The translations under genes were made by a program, and so were the position numbers. Positions 27,165 to 52,211 of a stretch of DNA of 64,000 nt are shown here, in pieces. Each line of letters opens with the position of its first letter. The stretch's first letter is position 1. The stretch lies in assembly GCA_012295275.1 (NCBI GenBank), contig CM022665.1, forward strand, positions 20,088,001 through 20,152,000, given 5' to 3'. The notes below the pieces were generated by a model that saw nothing but the letters and a program-made list of their open reading frames with translations, ran no database searches and was not told the origin of the DNA. This DNA comes from Chrysomallon squamiferum. Lineage: Eukaryota > Animalia > Mollusca.

Positions 27165-30100
27165 TTATTGATTTTCCTCAGACCTCTTTGAGGTCTCCAC
27201 ATGACGTTCTCGAGATCTACAACAATACACTATGGAGATAATAACAGCAAACACAAGGACGCTTGCAACAGCTCCTATGATGATGACTGGAAAGAAAACA
27301 ACACAATAACTGCTTATAAAAGATAAAGACAAAGTATAGAGTCGATGTCTTCTTGCCGTATGTATCAGTGTGATCAGGTTTGACATAGCATAGCACACGC
27401 CAATATACTGTATTAAAATAGACAAACACAGATGTACACACTCACAGATATATTTTAAAGTATTAGAAATATCAGCGATTATTTAAAGAAATTCTGGCAC
27501 TAAGAGATAATTATAGAAACGTGTTCCTACTTTATACAGCCAGTTAGCAGTAATTATAAAATAAAATATTATTTTTAGACTAAATCAGATATATTTACAC
27601 GAAATATTTAGCTGTTTGTAAATAATATTTTGCTCTTTTGTTCGGATATTTTTGCATATAATTATCAGTAATTGTTAAATAATATACTAATTTTAGAACC
27701 ACTCAGATATATCTGCATACTTATTGACTAGTTATAAGTAGTTATTAAATAATATATTACATGTCATTGTATTCTTCACTCCTGTTGCTACTGTGCTAGA
27801 CTCGCTGCTGGTTGGCGTCTCTGGCTGGATAGTAGCTGGCGTCTGTGGCTGGATAGTAGTTGGCGTCTGTGGCTGGATAGTAGCTGTCGTCTCTAGCTGG
27901 ATAGTAGTTTGCGTCTGTGGCTGGATAGTAGCTGGCGTCTGGGGCTGGGTAGTAGTAGCTTCTCTTAATTTATTTTGTTCGTCCTTGCAAACTATTTTCA
28001 AATCTGGTAAACGTTCAGAAATTAAAATAAAATGGTTAATCAAGTTAGATGTGAGATGAAACATAAGTTGAAAAAGATTTGCTTTTGTATTCCTTGTAAA
28101 AACGTAAGACGTAACATTTTATTTACGAGAAATTCCTATTGACACAAAGAGCGGACACGGATTAGAAGTCTCGCAATGAAAGGTAGATCATGTAAAACAG
28201 TGCATAGTTAATATCCTTTTGGAAGAAAACAAAGTATTTCGTTTTATATTCATTGTTTTCTGGTCTACAATATTGCAAAGACTGAACAAAAATATTTGTT
28301 ATAAAGACTAAGGCTGAGTACAGATTTCGTCAGACGTCCATTAGTGAAATCTGTAGTCTGTGTTTTCCTACCAGTCAGCACAGAAATATCTGTAAGATCA
28401 GAGAGTCACCAAGCTTCAGTATAAAAAAAAAGAAGAAGACAAGGACGATGCTGTAAAATAAAACGACAATGTTTACCTGCTCTTCCTGTCAAGTCAAAGC
28501 AGTAGCTGGACGTTGCATTTTCTCTCTGCTTCGTTAACACGATGTCAAATGGCTCAGGTGTAACATCTCTAATGAAAGTACGTGACAACAGACAGTGGAA
28601 CCTTTTAAGGGATTTCGCCCGAAACTCTACCTGAGATCCACAATCTAGCCCAGCGGCGGTGGACACCATCACTTGCATTATACGTGATGACGTCTTGAGA
28701 ACGCACGTGCATTTCATAATGGGGTACGCTGAGGCGGAAGTGTCGAGGAACAAGCGGATACTAGTTGCTGAAGAATTAGTACACATTTTAACAACTGAAA
28801 AAATAAATTAAAAAAATAAATTACGTGAACAGACTGGCAAACGAAAAGAAATTAATTATGGCATTATATAATATGTATCACAATATTGTAAGATAGATAA
28901 ATATATAACTAAATCAACAAATAAGTATATTAATAAATTATCAAATAATAAGTTATTTGTTTCTAAGGTTGATTCGTCTGTTAAATTATCACTCTTTGTG
29001 ACATATTTCGTTTTTCATCTGGGTTTTTCTAATTAATTCATTATTTTTCTTCTCATTTTCCCATTGTTTTATACACATTCAAACATAACACATCACCATC
29101 ATTGTCATCATCGTCAACATTGTTAGTAATATTGTAGTGCAGTTGATAGTAATACAATAATAGTTGCAGCAGCAGTAGCAACATTAGTACTAGTAGAAGT
29201 ATTAGTTGTGGTTGTAATATTATAGTACTAGCAGTAGTATGGTGGCAGTGGTGGTAGTAGTAGTAGTAGTAATAGTTGCAGTCATATGTGAGTATGGGAC
29301 TCCACTGCGCTACCTGAAGAAGAGAATAGTAGTATAGGTAGTAGTAGTAGTAGCAGCAGTGTTAATAGCAGTAGCACCAATAATAGTAGTATTAATGGTA
29401 GTTCTATAGTATACACGTGACAAAGTAATACACGACTAATGAATTCCAGGACACTAAGTGAAGAGTGCATTGGTTTGATAGTCAGTCTGATTACTTACGA
29501 AATTCATATACATTTAATTTTTGGACTTTAGTAGTAGTCATAGTGAGAGTAGTCGTGGCTAGTAGTCGTTAGTTCTAGTAGTAGTAGGAGTAGCAGTTGT
29601 AACAGTTAACTAATTATAGCTGTAGCAGCTGGAGTGGTAATAGTAGTAGTAGCATAGTAGTAGCAGTAGTAACACAATATTAGTAGTAATGATGTTTGTG
29701 ATAGTTCTATGACTAAAGCATGGAATATACATACGCACACACACAGACTTTTACAAACACACACAAATCTGCTTTTTATGTTTGTTTGTACGCCTATATG
29801 TCTCTGTGTCTGTGTATGTGCTTGTCTGTACGTTTCTGTGTATGTGGGCTTGTTTGTGTTTTTGTTTTTATGACTATATATATATATGGTTGTCTATGTG
29901 TGTGACCATGTCTTTGTCTGTGTTTGTGTAATTGAAATAAGTAATACATACCTGGAAACGGTCCAGTGTCTAGACATGTATCCTCTGAAATAGTAGAAAC
30001 ACATTTACTGACCGACTGACTAATTAATTAATTTAGTTCTTGATTTATCTATCTTCTTTGTTGTTGCTTTTAAAAATTATTTCTGTATCAATTAGTTGTT

Positions 30101-30945
30101 TTTTTTGGGGGAGGTTGTTGTGTTTCAAATTTGTCTGTTTATTTGTTTATTTTTGAATCTTTTTTTGTGTATGTGTCTTTACTTATTTTATCTTTGTGTT
30201 TTTATTCATTCATTCGTTTATTAAGCTATTTGTTTGCTCATTTATTTATTTCCTATTATTTGTTTATTTATGTATAGTTTATATATGAACAACGACGTGG
30301 TATGAAATAGTACTAATTTATTATTTATTTGCGTTCACGCCAGTTTCATAGTTTCATTAATTTATCAACAGTTAATATTAAATTGTTGTTTAGAATAGAA
30401 ATAAACCGCGCGTAACGCGTCTGTTACACTTCGTAAATAAATTAATTTTTGTGCTGCAATTAGGTTTGTCATAGAGATTTTCTTTATGAATATCTTCGTG
30501 GGTATTATGAAAGTGTATTATGTTAAGACTATAAGTAAGTATGAGAAAATTTGTATCTGTGTCTCTGTATATGTGTTCATGCCTATATGTGAGGGAAAAC
30601 GAGAGAGAGAGAGAGTATACAATGATTAGTTCTTTTCTTTATGTAAAATTAAAATATCACATATTTTAATATATTAAACAAAAAAAGAAAACATCGTTTT
30701 TGGTTTGTGTTTCTAGGATTAAAATAATCCATTTCTTAATTAAAATATACATATGAATAATAAAAAACGTATGGATCAATGCTCAGATAATACTTCATAT
30801 ACGTACATTTTAGGTAGATATTTATTATTTGAATGTGAAAAGGGAACTAAAATAATATATTAGTATACTTACCAGCTGACACACAACAAGTAATCAACAG
30901 CATGGATAAATGCAGGTATAGGTTTTTAAAATCGCCACTAGACAT
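27165..30945 (-). CDS. Copy C: open 5-exon type-I membrane protein (about 262 aa) with a short Tyr-free tail
   Basis: Exons 30945-30873, 29984-29952, 28794-28477, 28003-27761 and 27286-27165, all GT-AG and phase 1. Total 789 nt open frame, ending ...IVYCCRSRERHVETSKRSEENQ*. Confidence 0.8.
27815..27958 (-). repeat. Coding 24-bp repeat, about 6 copies (ATIQPQTP), in the copy C stalk
   Basis: tggctggatagtagctggcgtctg is repeated on the + strand and lies in frame within exon 4. Confidence 0.9.
28477..28794 (-). CDS. Copy C exon 3: six-Cys ectodomain
   Basis: 318 nt, ttcag| and gcag|gtaaac sites, same Cys spacing as A. Confidence 0.9.
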
Positions 30946-31104
30946 GACTAGAAGTCAGTCGTACTGCACGAATCCTATAATTATCTGTCTTCGTAGGCGT
31001 CGCTCTCAGCACGTGATCACCACGTCATAGTGATTGACCACCGCAGGAACGGAAATCGCAGAGTAGAAAAAAGTTTAGTAATACATTGAAGCACTATATT
31101 TATG

Positions 31105-31168
<64 letters not shown>

Positions 31169-32285
31169 AAACACTAAATAAAAATGTCTTTATGTAAAAA
31201 CTAATAATTTATCACCATAGAGATATCGTGTTGCTGCGAAAATATCAATAATGAAACTGTTTTCACTGAAAAATTAAACATTACTAACATTCTAAAGTCA
31301 ATGCATGTATGTGCAAGAAATAAAAATCTATTTTACTTTTTTCCCCCACATGCATATAGTACCTATAGTACTTTACATATATGAGCAGACTTTGCTTTAA
31401 AAATAAGAGACAAATATTTAACTGATAATATGAATAATAGAATAGGACATACGGCATGGTACATATTAATGTTAATATGGTAGGGTTCATATGCACTTAA
31501 TAGGATAAGGTTCATATGAATGTATATAGGATAGGGTTCATATGAACGTATATAGGATAGGGTTCATATGAATGTAAATAGTATAGGATTCACAATCTCC
31601 TATAGGTTAAACAGGAATCTTGATAAACAGTACTGTAGGTAGGATAACTTAGTCGTGATTACAGATACATAGGACGGTACCATTAAAAATATAATTTGTT
31701 TATTTACAGAATATGTTTAAAATTGTAGTTGAAAATGTAATCATCAGATAACTGACAAATGTAACAAATCATAAGAGTTGGATACATAAGAAACTCACAT
31801 TTTATTAGAGAAAGCAAGTAAACAAACATTATAATACACATTTGTACAACATAAATTTAACGTGTGTCGAAACGAAGATGAGATTTGGCACACATTTTCA
31901 CGTTTCTTACAATATTTATCTCTTATTTAATTATAGCGTTTTCTTATTTTCTTTTTTTATTTATTTATTTATTTATTTATAAAGGAGAACTGATGTGTCA
32001 CATTATTTGTTTTAATTTAATTATCTGTTTATATTCAGGTAAGTTTAATACTTTAATAAACTGATCAATAGTGAACATTAAATAGTCGCTTTATCATTTT
32101 AAATAGAAATAAACAGCGTATAAAATGTTGCATCAAATTGTGTTTTGTCCATGTATGGACTTATAATTGTAATTGTGTGTGTCTGTGAGAGTTTTTATAA
32201 ATATCTGCATGGATATTACGAGTGTATTGTTTTAAAAAGAATATAAATTGAACCTGTGTAAAAGTAAGTACACATGTCTGTCTGA

Positions 32286-32403
<118 letters not shown>

Positions 32404-33509
32404 AAAACTAAATAAAAAGTCTTTATGTAAAAACTAATAATTTATCACTATAGAGATATCGTGTTGCTGCGACAATATGAGTAATGAAACAGTTTTCGCT
32501 GAAAACATTACTAACATTCTAAAGTACATATGTATTGTGAGTGTTTTTTTGTTTTTTGTAAGTGAGTCTTGAGTTTTATTTAATTTAAAATTAGAATATT
32601 ACACGTTTCCGTACATTAAAAAAAGAAGAAATAAAAAGATCAAAAGAAAACATCGTCAAAATATCTTAGTTTGTGTTTCTAGGATTAAAATATCAATTTT
32701 GCTAATTCGAAATTAAACTATTTGTGAGCAAACATACACATATGAATAATAAACGTGACTGGATCAATACTTAGATAATACTTCATTTAAGTATAAGAGT
32801 TTGGAAATATTCCTTCTTTATTTGCATCTCATTTTACTTTTTTGTTTATTTAATTAAATAGCCACTTTTATTTTTTGTTTGTTTTCTTCGCGTTTTTTCA
32901 TTTACAATTTTGTTGTTTTAAAGTGTGTGCATCTGTGTTTGTGTGTCTGAATCTGAATGGATATTTGCTTGCTTCGTTTTTCATATTTTTTTAAATGTGT
33001 TTCTCTGTATATGTGTCTGTGTATGTGTATTTGTCTCTGTATGTGTTTGTCTATGTGTTTTTGCGTATTTTTCTCTGTTCTCTGTGCATATGTGTATTTG
33101 TCTTTGTATGTGTTAGTGTGCGTCTGTGTGTTTGTGTATTTGTTTGTATTCAGATCTGTCTGTGTTTGTTTGTGTCTCTGTATGACTAGTTTAGTATTTC
33201 TCTGATTTCTGTGTCTGTACGTTTGTGTATGTCATGTGTGTGTTTGTCTACAACAGATGCGAGTATTCAAAAAGTAGGTAACCAGGTTTTTAACTCCGAT
33301 ATTTTCATTATGTATTCATCCTTCAATGTTTATGTTTTGGAAACCTCTTTTACTATCTCTTATCAAGCTGTTTTTTTTTTTTTTTTAACAATTTCAGAAG
33401 CGGATCATAGTGAGAGTTGGATTTGTTTGGCTAACAGAAATTTGTTTTAAAGTATACATCTGTATATGAAAACAACAATATTCTCTTTCTACTGACAAAT
33501 AAATATAAG

Positions 33510-34830
33510 TATATCTGCAGTCCTGTGTATCCCATCCTATCTATACTTCAGTGTAGCATATCATATCTGTAGTCCTGTAACATGTCATATCTGCAGTCCT
33601 GTAACATGTCATATCTGCAGTCCTGTTTAACCAATCCTATCTATACTTCAGTGTAACATATCATATCTGCAGTCCTGTAACATGTCATATCTGCAGTCCT
33701 GTAACATGTCATATCTGCAGTCCTGTAACATGTCATATCTGCAGTCCTGTAACATGTCATATCTGCAGTCCTGTTTAACCAATCCTATCTATACTTCAGT
33801 GTAACATATCGTATCTGCAGTCCTGTAACATGTCATATCTGCAGTCCTGTTTAACCAATCCTATCTATACTTCAGTGTAACATATCATATCTGCAGTCCT
33901 GTAATATGTCATATCTGCAGTCCTGTTTAACCAATCCTATCTATACTTTAGTGTAACATATCATATCTGCAGTCCTGTAATATGTCATATCTGCAGTCCT
34001 GTAACATGTCATATCTGTATTCCTGTAACATGTCATATCTGCAGTCCTGTTTAACCTATCCTATCTATACTTCAGTGTAACATATCATATCTGCAGTCCT
34101 GTAACATGTCATATCTGCAGTCCTGTAACATGTCATATCTGCAGTCCTGTTTAACCTATCCTATCTATACTTCAGTGTAGCATATCATATCTGTAGTCCT
34201 GTAACATGTCATATCTGCAGTCCTGTAACATGTCATATCTGCAGTCCTGTTTAACCAATCCTATCTATACTTCAGTGTAACATATCATATCTGCAGTCCT
34301 GTAACATGTCATATCTGCAGTCCTGTAACATGTCATATCTGCAGTCCTGTAACATGTCATATCTGCAGTCCTGTAACATGTCATATCTGCAGTCCTGTTT
34401 AACCAATCCTATCTATACTTCAGTGTAACATATCGTATCTGCAGTCCTGTAACATGTCATATCTGCAGTCCTGTTTAACCAATCCTATCTATACTTCAGT
34501 GTAACATATCATATCTGCAGTCCTGTAATATGTCATATCTGCAGTCCTGTTTAACCAATCCTATCTATACTTCAGTGTAACATATCATATCTGCAGTCCT
34601 GTAATATGTCATATCTGCAGTCCTGTAACATGTCATATCTGCATTCCTGTAACATGTCATATCTGCAGTCCTGTTTAACCTATCCTATCTATACTTCAGT
34701 GTAACATATCATATCTGCAGTCCTGTAACATGTCATATCTGCAGTCCTGTAACATGTCATATCTGCAGTCCTGTTTAACCTATCCTATCTATACTTCAGT
34801 GTAACATATCATATCAGCAGTCCTGCATAA
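33510..34830 (+). repeat. Compound minisatellite of 24-bp and 52-bp units with a 624-bp higher-order duplication
   Basis: Units are catatctgcagtcctgtaacatgt and catatctgcagtcctgtttaaccaatcctatctatacttcagtgtaacatat. Variant markers recur 624 bp apart (33551/34175 and 33811/34435). Confidence 0.95.
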
Positions 34831-35366
34831 CCTATCGTATTAATAATCCTTTTAATCATATGATGTCTACAATCCTATATCATCTATCACATCAACATCC
34901 CTGAGTAATCTCTGCTGTCTATAATCCTGCATAACCTATCCAATTAACAGTCCTAATAAACATATCCTATGTACAATCCCACATAACCAATCCTATCTAC
35001 AGTCCTGGATAGCCTATCCTATCTAAAATCCTATAATTTATATCAATCAAATATTTTTTTGTTATTACGACTCTCATAATTTTAAAAGCAAGTTTTATGA
35101 AATAAAGTTCTACATTTGCTACAGTTCACCATAAAATATGTGTTTTTTGTACGTGCAATGACGTTATACTGTTAGTAATGTTTAATTTTTGAGAGAAAAC
35201 ATTTTCATTATTGACATTTTCGCAGCAACACGATATTTCTGTGCTGTTAAATTATTAGTTTTCACAATGCAAATCTGCATTTTTATTTTCTGTCTCTCTG
35301 GCTTCGCCATTAACGACTCGGGATCAAATTATTCTAGAATTGGATGCAGTACGACTGATTTCTGTT

Positions 35367-38031
<2,665 letters not shown>

Positions 38032-38864
38032 ATGAAAACAAACTTTGTTGACAACTCTATGATCCAGGAGATAAAATTTGTTACTAATTTATAAGTCATC
38101 ATCTGCCTGTGTACATTGTTTCCAGTACTACAATAACATCTACCACTACTACAACTACCACTACTGATAGAACAGCTACTACTACTGCTGATGCTACTAC
38201 TACTTCTATTGCTACTACTCGTACTACATTTAAAACAGCTGATGTTACTACTAGTACTGCAGTTATTACTACTACAAGAACCAGTAATAGTTCTAACACT
38301 TATATTATTAACCATATTAGTTGTCGCAATTATAATTATTACGACGAAAACACTATTACTATTATTACTGCTAATATTAATAATATTACTACTCTAATTA
38401 CTATTATTACTAGACTTACAACTCGTATAACTACAACTAGTATTATCATTACTACTAATACTACTGTTTCTAGAGTTATGTGGTATATGTATCCACAAAT
38501 AAATTAATGCAATTGCTCACAATACTTATTTATTTGTATATTTTTATATGATTTATTGTTGTTGTTGTTGTTGTTATTAGTATTATTATTATTATCTCAT
38601 TTCTACAACTACTACTTCATGAATTACATCTGTTACTAACATTAATACAATTGCGATTACTAATACTAATGCTACTACACCTACTACTATATTTACCACT
38701 ACTATTAATACTACTACCACTACTGCTATTACTACAACTACCAGTGTTATTAGTATTACTACTGTTGTTGTATTATAATTACTACGACCACCAATTTTGT
38801 TATTGCAACTACTGCTGCTATTCCTGTGATTACTACTAGTATTACTATGCCGACTCTAATTACT

Positions 38865-39020
38865 ACTATTACTAGTACTATTACTACTACAAGAACTATT
38901 ACTAGTACTATTACTACTACAAGAACTATTACTAGTACTATTACTACTACAAGAACTATTACTAGTACTATTACTACTACAAGAACTATTACTAGTACTA
39001 TTACTACTACAAGAACAATT
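38865..39020 (+). repeat. 30-bp tandem repeat, about 5 copies (actattactagtactattactactacaaga)
   Basis: Directly visible. The inverted counterpart at about 45700-45775 has only about 2 copies. Confidence 0.85.
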
Positions 39021-40606
39021 ACTATTAATATTATTGCTACAACTTCCAGAACTGTCAGGCATATAAGTCCACCAACAAACGTTGGCATTATTTATTTGTT
39101 TGTTTATTCTTTAATATCTTTATTTCTTTCGTGTGTTTAGTTTCTTATATATTTTTTCTGTACCTAACTGTCACATATATCACATTCTGCAGAAGCTCAT
39201 CTTACATTCAGTAAAACAGCATATCATATTCTGAAAACTTCATCATATATTCTGCAAAACATTATTTCATATTCTGCAAGAAATAATCTCACATTGTGCA
39301 AAGCATAATTTTACATCCTGCAAATTCTAAAAATGTCATTTCATATTTTGCCAAGCATTATCTCACATTCTGCAGAAACGTAACATACATTCTGCAAAAC
39401 ACCATCTAATTTTCTGCAAAAAGTCTTATCGTCTTTTTGTTCATGTAAATTCTTCCCAACATCATTTACATTTAAAGATCGTTACATCTTCAGATCACGG
39501 AGCTGAAATTAGACAGTAGAGCTAATAGTATTTGGCAGCTGCAAAACACAAATTTTGCGTCGATTTTCATCACCGAACAATCTCTAGTAGTTTAGATATC
39601 TACAAAAATGTATCACAATCAGTCTGCGGAAAGTATAAAATATTATGATGCTTAATATACCCACAGTTTTTTTTTTTTCTTTCTTTTTAATGTTGTAAAT
39701 ATCCTCAGCTTATTTCTGTGTTTGTTAGTAAGTGATTTTATTCGTGACTGTATTATGCGTTTCTCTGTTTATGTAATAAGATTCTTGTAATATTGTGTTT
39801 TTTCTTTACATCAACGGAACGTTAGTATGTTAGATACGTTTGAATGTTTTATCTTACAGAAATTACCGTTTTAACACTGATATTAAATATTAAACAGGAC
39901 ACTAGGTTGTGTAACATATCACTCATATTAGTGTGATAGAATTAGGCGGTGCAAAAATAGAACAAATATGACAAAAAGAAAATTAAATAATAGAAAAGAA
40001 AAGAAAAAAAAAAAGAAAAAAGAAAAAAAGAAAATAATGAAAAAGAAACAAGAAAAAAGACAACGATATTTTAAAATATAAGTTATAGGAGTCTGAACCA
40101 GTAAAAGTAACTAATGTCGCGAAACGATTGTTTTTATTTATTTCTTTATTTATTTGTTTGTTTGTTTGATTTTTTTGTGTGTTTATTTGCTTCTTTTTTT
40201 TTTCTTTGTTTTTGTTTTTCTTTGTTTCTTTTTTCTTTTCTTTCTTTTTTTTTTCTTTATTAATTAATTAATTTAAATGTATAGCCACCCTTACAGAAAG
40301 ATTTCTGAAATAGAATCATTCATGTAAAGCACCAACTTAAACTATTATGAAACGTCTATTACATATATAAACAAACGCATGCACACAGTCACAAAGAAAA
40401 TCACACACTCTCAAACTGAGATACACACAGAAAGTTTTAAACAAATAAAACAACCAAGCAAAACAACCAAACGAACAAACGACAACAACAAACGAAAAAC
40501 AACAAGTGTATATTGTGTAAATAGACTGAAGGTGGCACAAGAATTCGTGTCAGCTGCAATGTTCATCAGCTATACGACAGAGACACAGTTCACTAAATAA
40601 ATACTT

Positions 40607-44528
<3,922 letters not shown>

Positions 44529-46803
44529 TACAGAAATCAGTCGTACTGCACGGAATCCTAGAATTATTGGTCTTCGTAAGCACTGCTCCCTGCACGTGGC
44601 CACGTGATTGATCTCCATAGTGACTGATATCGGGCAGTAGAAGACAGTTTAGCAATACTTTAAGTACAGGCTTTATGCAAATTTCTCTGTCCGTAATAAT
44701 TTAGCGAAATCGAGAGAGAAAATGAAAACGATATATATTTATTATTATTATTTTTTTATTATTATAAAAACTAATAATTTATCACCATAAAAATATCGTG
44801 TTGCTTCGAAATATCAATAATGAATGTTTTCACTGAAAAATTACTAACATTTTAAAGTCAGTGCACGTACAAACAAGAAATAATTTTTGTTTTGATGCAT
44901 ACTTATACATATTAATAACGAAATTTTACCCTCAGCTGAAGCAAATGTAGAACTTTACATAACAAAACATTTTTATTCTTCTTCTTATTTTTCACTTACT
45001 AACAAACACAGAAATAAGCTGAGGATATTTACAACATTAAAAAGAAAGAAAAAACAAACTGTGGGTATATTAAGCATCATAATATTTTATACTTTCCGCA
45101 GACTGATTGTGATACATTTTTGTAGATATCTAAACTACTAGAGATTGTTCGGTGATGAAAATCGACGCAAAATTTGTGTTTTGCAGCTGCCAAATACTAT
45201 TAGCTCTACTGTCTAATTTCAGCTCCGTGATCTGAAGATGTAACGATCTTTAAATGTAAATGATGTTGGGAAGAATTTACATGAACAAAAAGACGATAAG
45301 ACTTTTTGCAGAAAATTAGATGGTGTTTTGCAGAATGTATGTTACGTTTCTGCAGAATGTGAGATAATGCTTGGCAAAATATGAAATGACATTTTTAGAA
45401 TTTGCAGGATGTAAAATTATACTTTGCACAATGTGAGATTATTTCTTGCAGAATATGAAATAATGTTTTGCAGAATATATGATGAAGTTTTCAGAATATG
45501 ATATGCTGTTTTACTGAATGTAAGATGAGCTTCTGCAGAATGTGATATATGTGACAGTTAGGTACAGAAAAAATATATAAGAAACTAAACACACGAAAAA
45601 AATAAAATATTAAAGAATAAACAAACAAATAAATAAAGCCAACGTTTATTGGTGGACTCATATGCCTGACAGTTCTGGAAGTTGTAGCAATAATAGTAAT
45701 AGTAATAGTTCTTGTAGTAGTAATAGTACTAGTAATAGTTCTTGTAGTAGTAATAGTACTAGTAATAGTAGTAATAGTAGTAATTAGAGTCGGCATAGCA
45801 ACACTAGTAGTAATCACAGGAATAGTAGCAGTAGTTGCAATAACAAAATTGTTGGTCGTAGTAATTATAATAGCAACAACAGTAGTAATACTAATAACAC
45901 TGGTAGTTGTAGTAATAACAGTAGTGGTAGTAGTATTAATAGTAGTGGTAAATATAGTAGTAGGTGTAGTAGCATTAGTATTAGCAATTATATTAATGTT
46001 AGTAACAGATGTAATACAGGAAGTAGTAGTTGTAGAAATGGAACAATAATAATAATACTAATAACAACAACAACAACAATAACAATAAATCATATAAAAA
46101 TATACAAATAAATAAGTATTGTGAGCAATTGCAATAATTTATTTGTGGATACATATATACCACATAACTCTAGAAACAGTAGTATTAGTTGTAATGATAA
46201 TACTAGTTGTAGTTATACGAGTTGTAAGTCTAGTAATAGTAGTAGTAATAGTAGTAGTAAGAGTAGTAATAGTAGTAATTAGAGTAGTAATACTAGTAAC
46301 ACTGGCACTAATCATAGTAGATATAATAATATCAGTAGTAATATCAGTAATAACACTAGAAACATAAATAACTGCCGTAATAATGGTCGTCATAGTAATA
46401 ATTATAATAGCGATAACAGTAGTAATTTTACTGATAATGGGGTGGAATTAGTAATATTAGTGGTAGAAGTATTACTAGTTCTTATAGTAAAATTAGTATT
46501 AGTAATAATTGTTCTATTAGTTGTAATATCAGTACTAGTAGTAACATCAGCTGCTGTAAATGTACTATGAGTAGTAGCAATAGAAGTAGTGGTAGTGTCC
46601 GCAGTAGCAACAGTAGTAATAGTAGTAGTAGTAGTAGTAGTAGCAGTAGTAGTACTAGTAATACCTGCAGTATCTGTATTAATAGTAGTAGTTCCAGTAG
46701 TGGTAGATGTTATTGTAGTACTGGAAACAATGTACACAGGCAGATGATGACTTATAAATTAGTAACAAATTTTATCTCCTGGATCAACAAAGTTTGTTTT
46801 CAC

Positions 46804-49757
<2,954 letters not shown>

Positions 49758-50647
49758 GACAGAAATCAGTCGTACTGCATCCAATTCTAGAATAATTTGA
49801 TCCCGGGGTTTGAGTCGTTAATGGCGAAGCCAGAGAGACAGAAAATAAAAATTCAGATTTGCATTGTGAAAACTAATAATTTAACAGCACAGAAATATCG
49901 TGTTGCTGCGAAAATATCAATAATGAAAATGTTTTCTCTGAAAAAATATAACACTGTAAAGTCAGTTCTTTCTTTCACATATATGTACATATTAATAGAT
50001 AGATTTTATCGTGAACTGTAGCAAATGTCTTGTTTATTTACATCTATTAATTTTACATTTCTGTTACTATTAAAACTAAACACTGGACTTTTTTATATAT
50101 GCATATGTGTCAGTTTATGTGACTGTATGTCTGTGTCCTGTGTGTGCATATGTGTGTGTGTGTGTGTGTGTGTGTCTTGTGTGTAAATATTCATGTAGGG
50201 GTATATATCTATGTATATGTTTGTGTGTCTATGTACACGTATGTATGTCTGTGGTCTGTATCTGTATGTGTGTCCCTGTCTTTTTTTTATCTGTTTGTTT
50301 GTGTGAGTTGTGCGTAGATAAAGATATATAAAAGCAGCAATATTCTGTTTTCACTGATAAATAAATATAAAACTTAATATCAGCTGATTGAAAAATCATG
50401 ACTCCTCCTTCTATAAACAACACAAGTTTCATTTATATTCTCCATCACTGATTTCAGAGTACTTCTGTAAGAAGATGATTCTGTTATTTCTTGTCATGAT
50501 ATCCACAGCATGTTTTGTCTAGAACACGTTGTCAAAGAAATGTTTATAACCATCGTCAAAACAGCAGTAAGGAGAAAATGAGTTAAAATTTAATGTACCC
50601 GTTTTTATTTTAATTTAGTTTAGTTATTCTCCTCCTCCCTTTTTTTA

Positions 50648-50679
<32 letters not shown>

Positions 50680-51034
50680 GTAAGTAAACAACAGAAGTAT
50701 TTTTTTTAATTCAAATTTCATTGTATTGCTGTGTTTTTATTTACAACTTGCAAATATAATTTTTCTTTAATAAGATTATCATTATTAGCTTATTTGCTTG
50801 TTTCCTATTTACAAATTTTATGCAAACAAGGAACCAAACCTAAAATTTCGCTGCAAGTAAAACATCACCCAATCACATCAACATAACTGATATTTGCTTC
50901 ATATGTTTTTTGTTTTTTTTTAATAATCCATGACAAGTAAATACTAATTATGTATTTTTAAATTAATGTATTGACATTTTAAAGTAAACGTAGAAATTAT
51001 GTTAATATGTATTATATTAAATTAGTATACTTAC

Positions 51035-51103
51035 CATCTGACACACAAGTAACGCAAAGGAAGGTTAAATAAGGCACAGGTTTTTAAAATCGAGATTAGA
51101 CAT
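51035..51103 (-). pseudogene. Copy H: exon-1-only pseudogene with intact upstream block
   Basis: 69-nt exon reading MSNLDFKNLCLI*, with a gtaagt donor. CRE, E-box and Inr-like motifs lie at about 51170-51220. Intron 1 resembles that of E. No downstream exons were found. Confidence 0.8.
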
Positions 51104-51290
51104 GACAGAAATCAGTCGTAATACAAGGAATCCGGCAGTAATCCGATCTGTCTTCGTAGGCGTCGCTCCCAGCACGTGACCACTACGTCATTGTGATTGA
51201 TGACCACAGTGACTGAAATCGGGTAGTAGAAAAACCTGTAGTAATACAATAAGCACTGGATTTACGCAGAATTTGGACTCATTAATATCA

Positions 51291-51335
<45 letters not shown>

Positions 51336-51941
51336 ATAAACTAAACAAAAATACAGGCTTATTATAGTAAAAAAAAAACTAATAACTGATCTCCATGGAT
51401 TTATTGTGTTGTGGGAAAATTTAAATAATGACAAATTGAGAATATATTCTTTTTTCGATTTGTAAACTATTTACATGCCGGGAAAGACATTAGATGTGGG
51501 GAGAAACAGAAGTAAAGAAACATTTAGCTACTGTAGTACTTGAAGAAATTTGAGATCTAACGTTAACAAAGTTCTATGTATGTAATTAGAAATTTCTGTC
51601 ACACAAAGAATGGACACAGTTTTCATTTTTATATATGTTTGTTGAGGAACTTCTGTAACTCTGAACAAGTCTTTGTTTGAAATAAACTCTACTGTTGTGC
51701 TGATTTATCCTGCAAGGCATGACTGTCACAAAATACAGTATCGTTTGTTCTGAAAAAAGAAAAACAAATTCTTTATATAATTATTATTATGATTATCATC
51801 ATCGTCATCATCATCATCATCATTATCATTTGTTTGTTTTATTTTACTTGCCTACGATATTGCATTGGTTTCACCTGTACTAGTGATAAGTTTTTAACAT
51901 GCTGAGCTCACCATCTAAAATAGCTGTAGTGTTTCTGTGGC

Positions 51942-52211
<270 letters not shown>

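Noticed and set aside
33510-34830. CRISPR-like look of a repeated unit with variable spacing
   Set aside because: The intervening segments are themselves repeated with no unique spacers, there are no cas genes, and the context is eukaryotic. It is a minisatellite.
44529-44618. N-terminal extension of E from an upstream ATG (and similarly ATG 11791 in A)
   Set aside because: The upstream ATG positions are not shared between copies. The conserved ATG begins a 73-nt signal-peptide exon in A, B, C, E and G.
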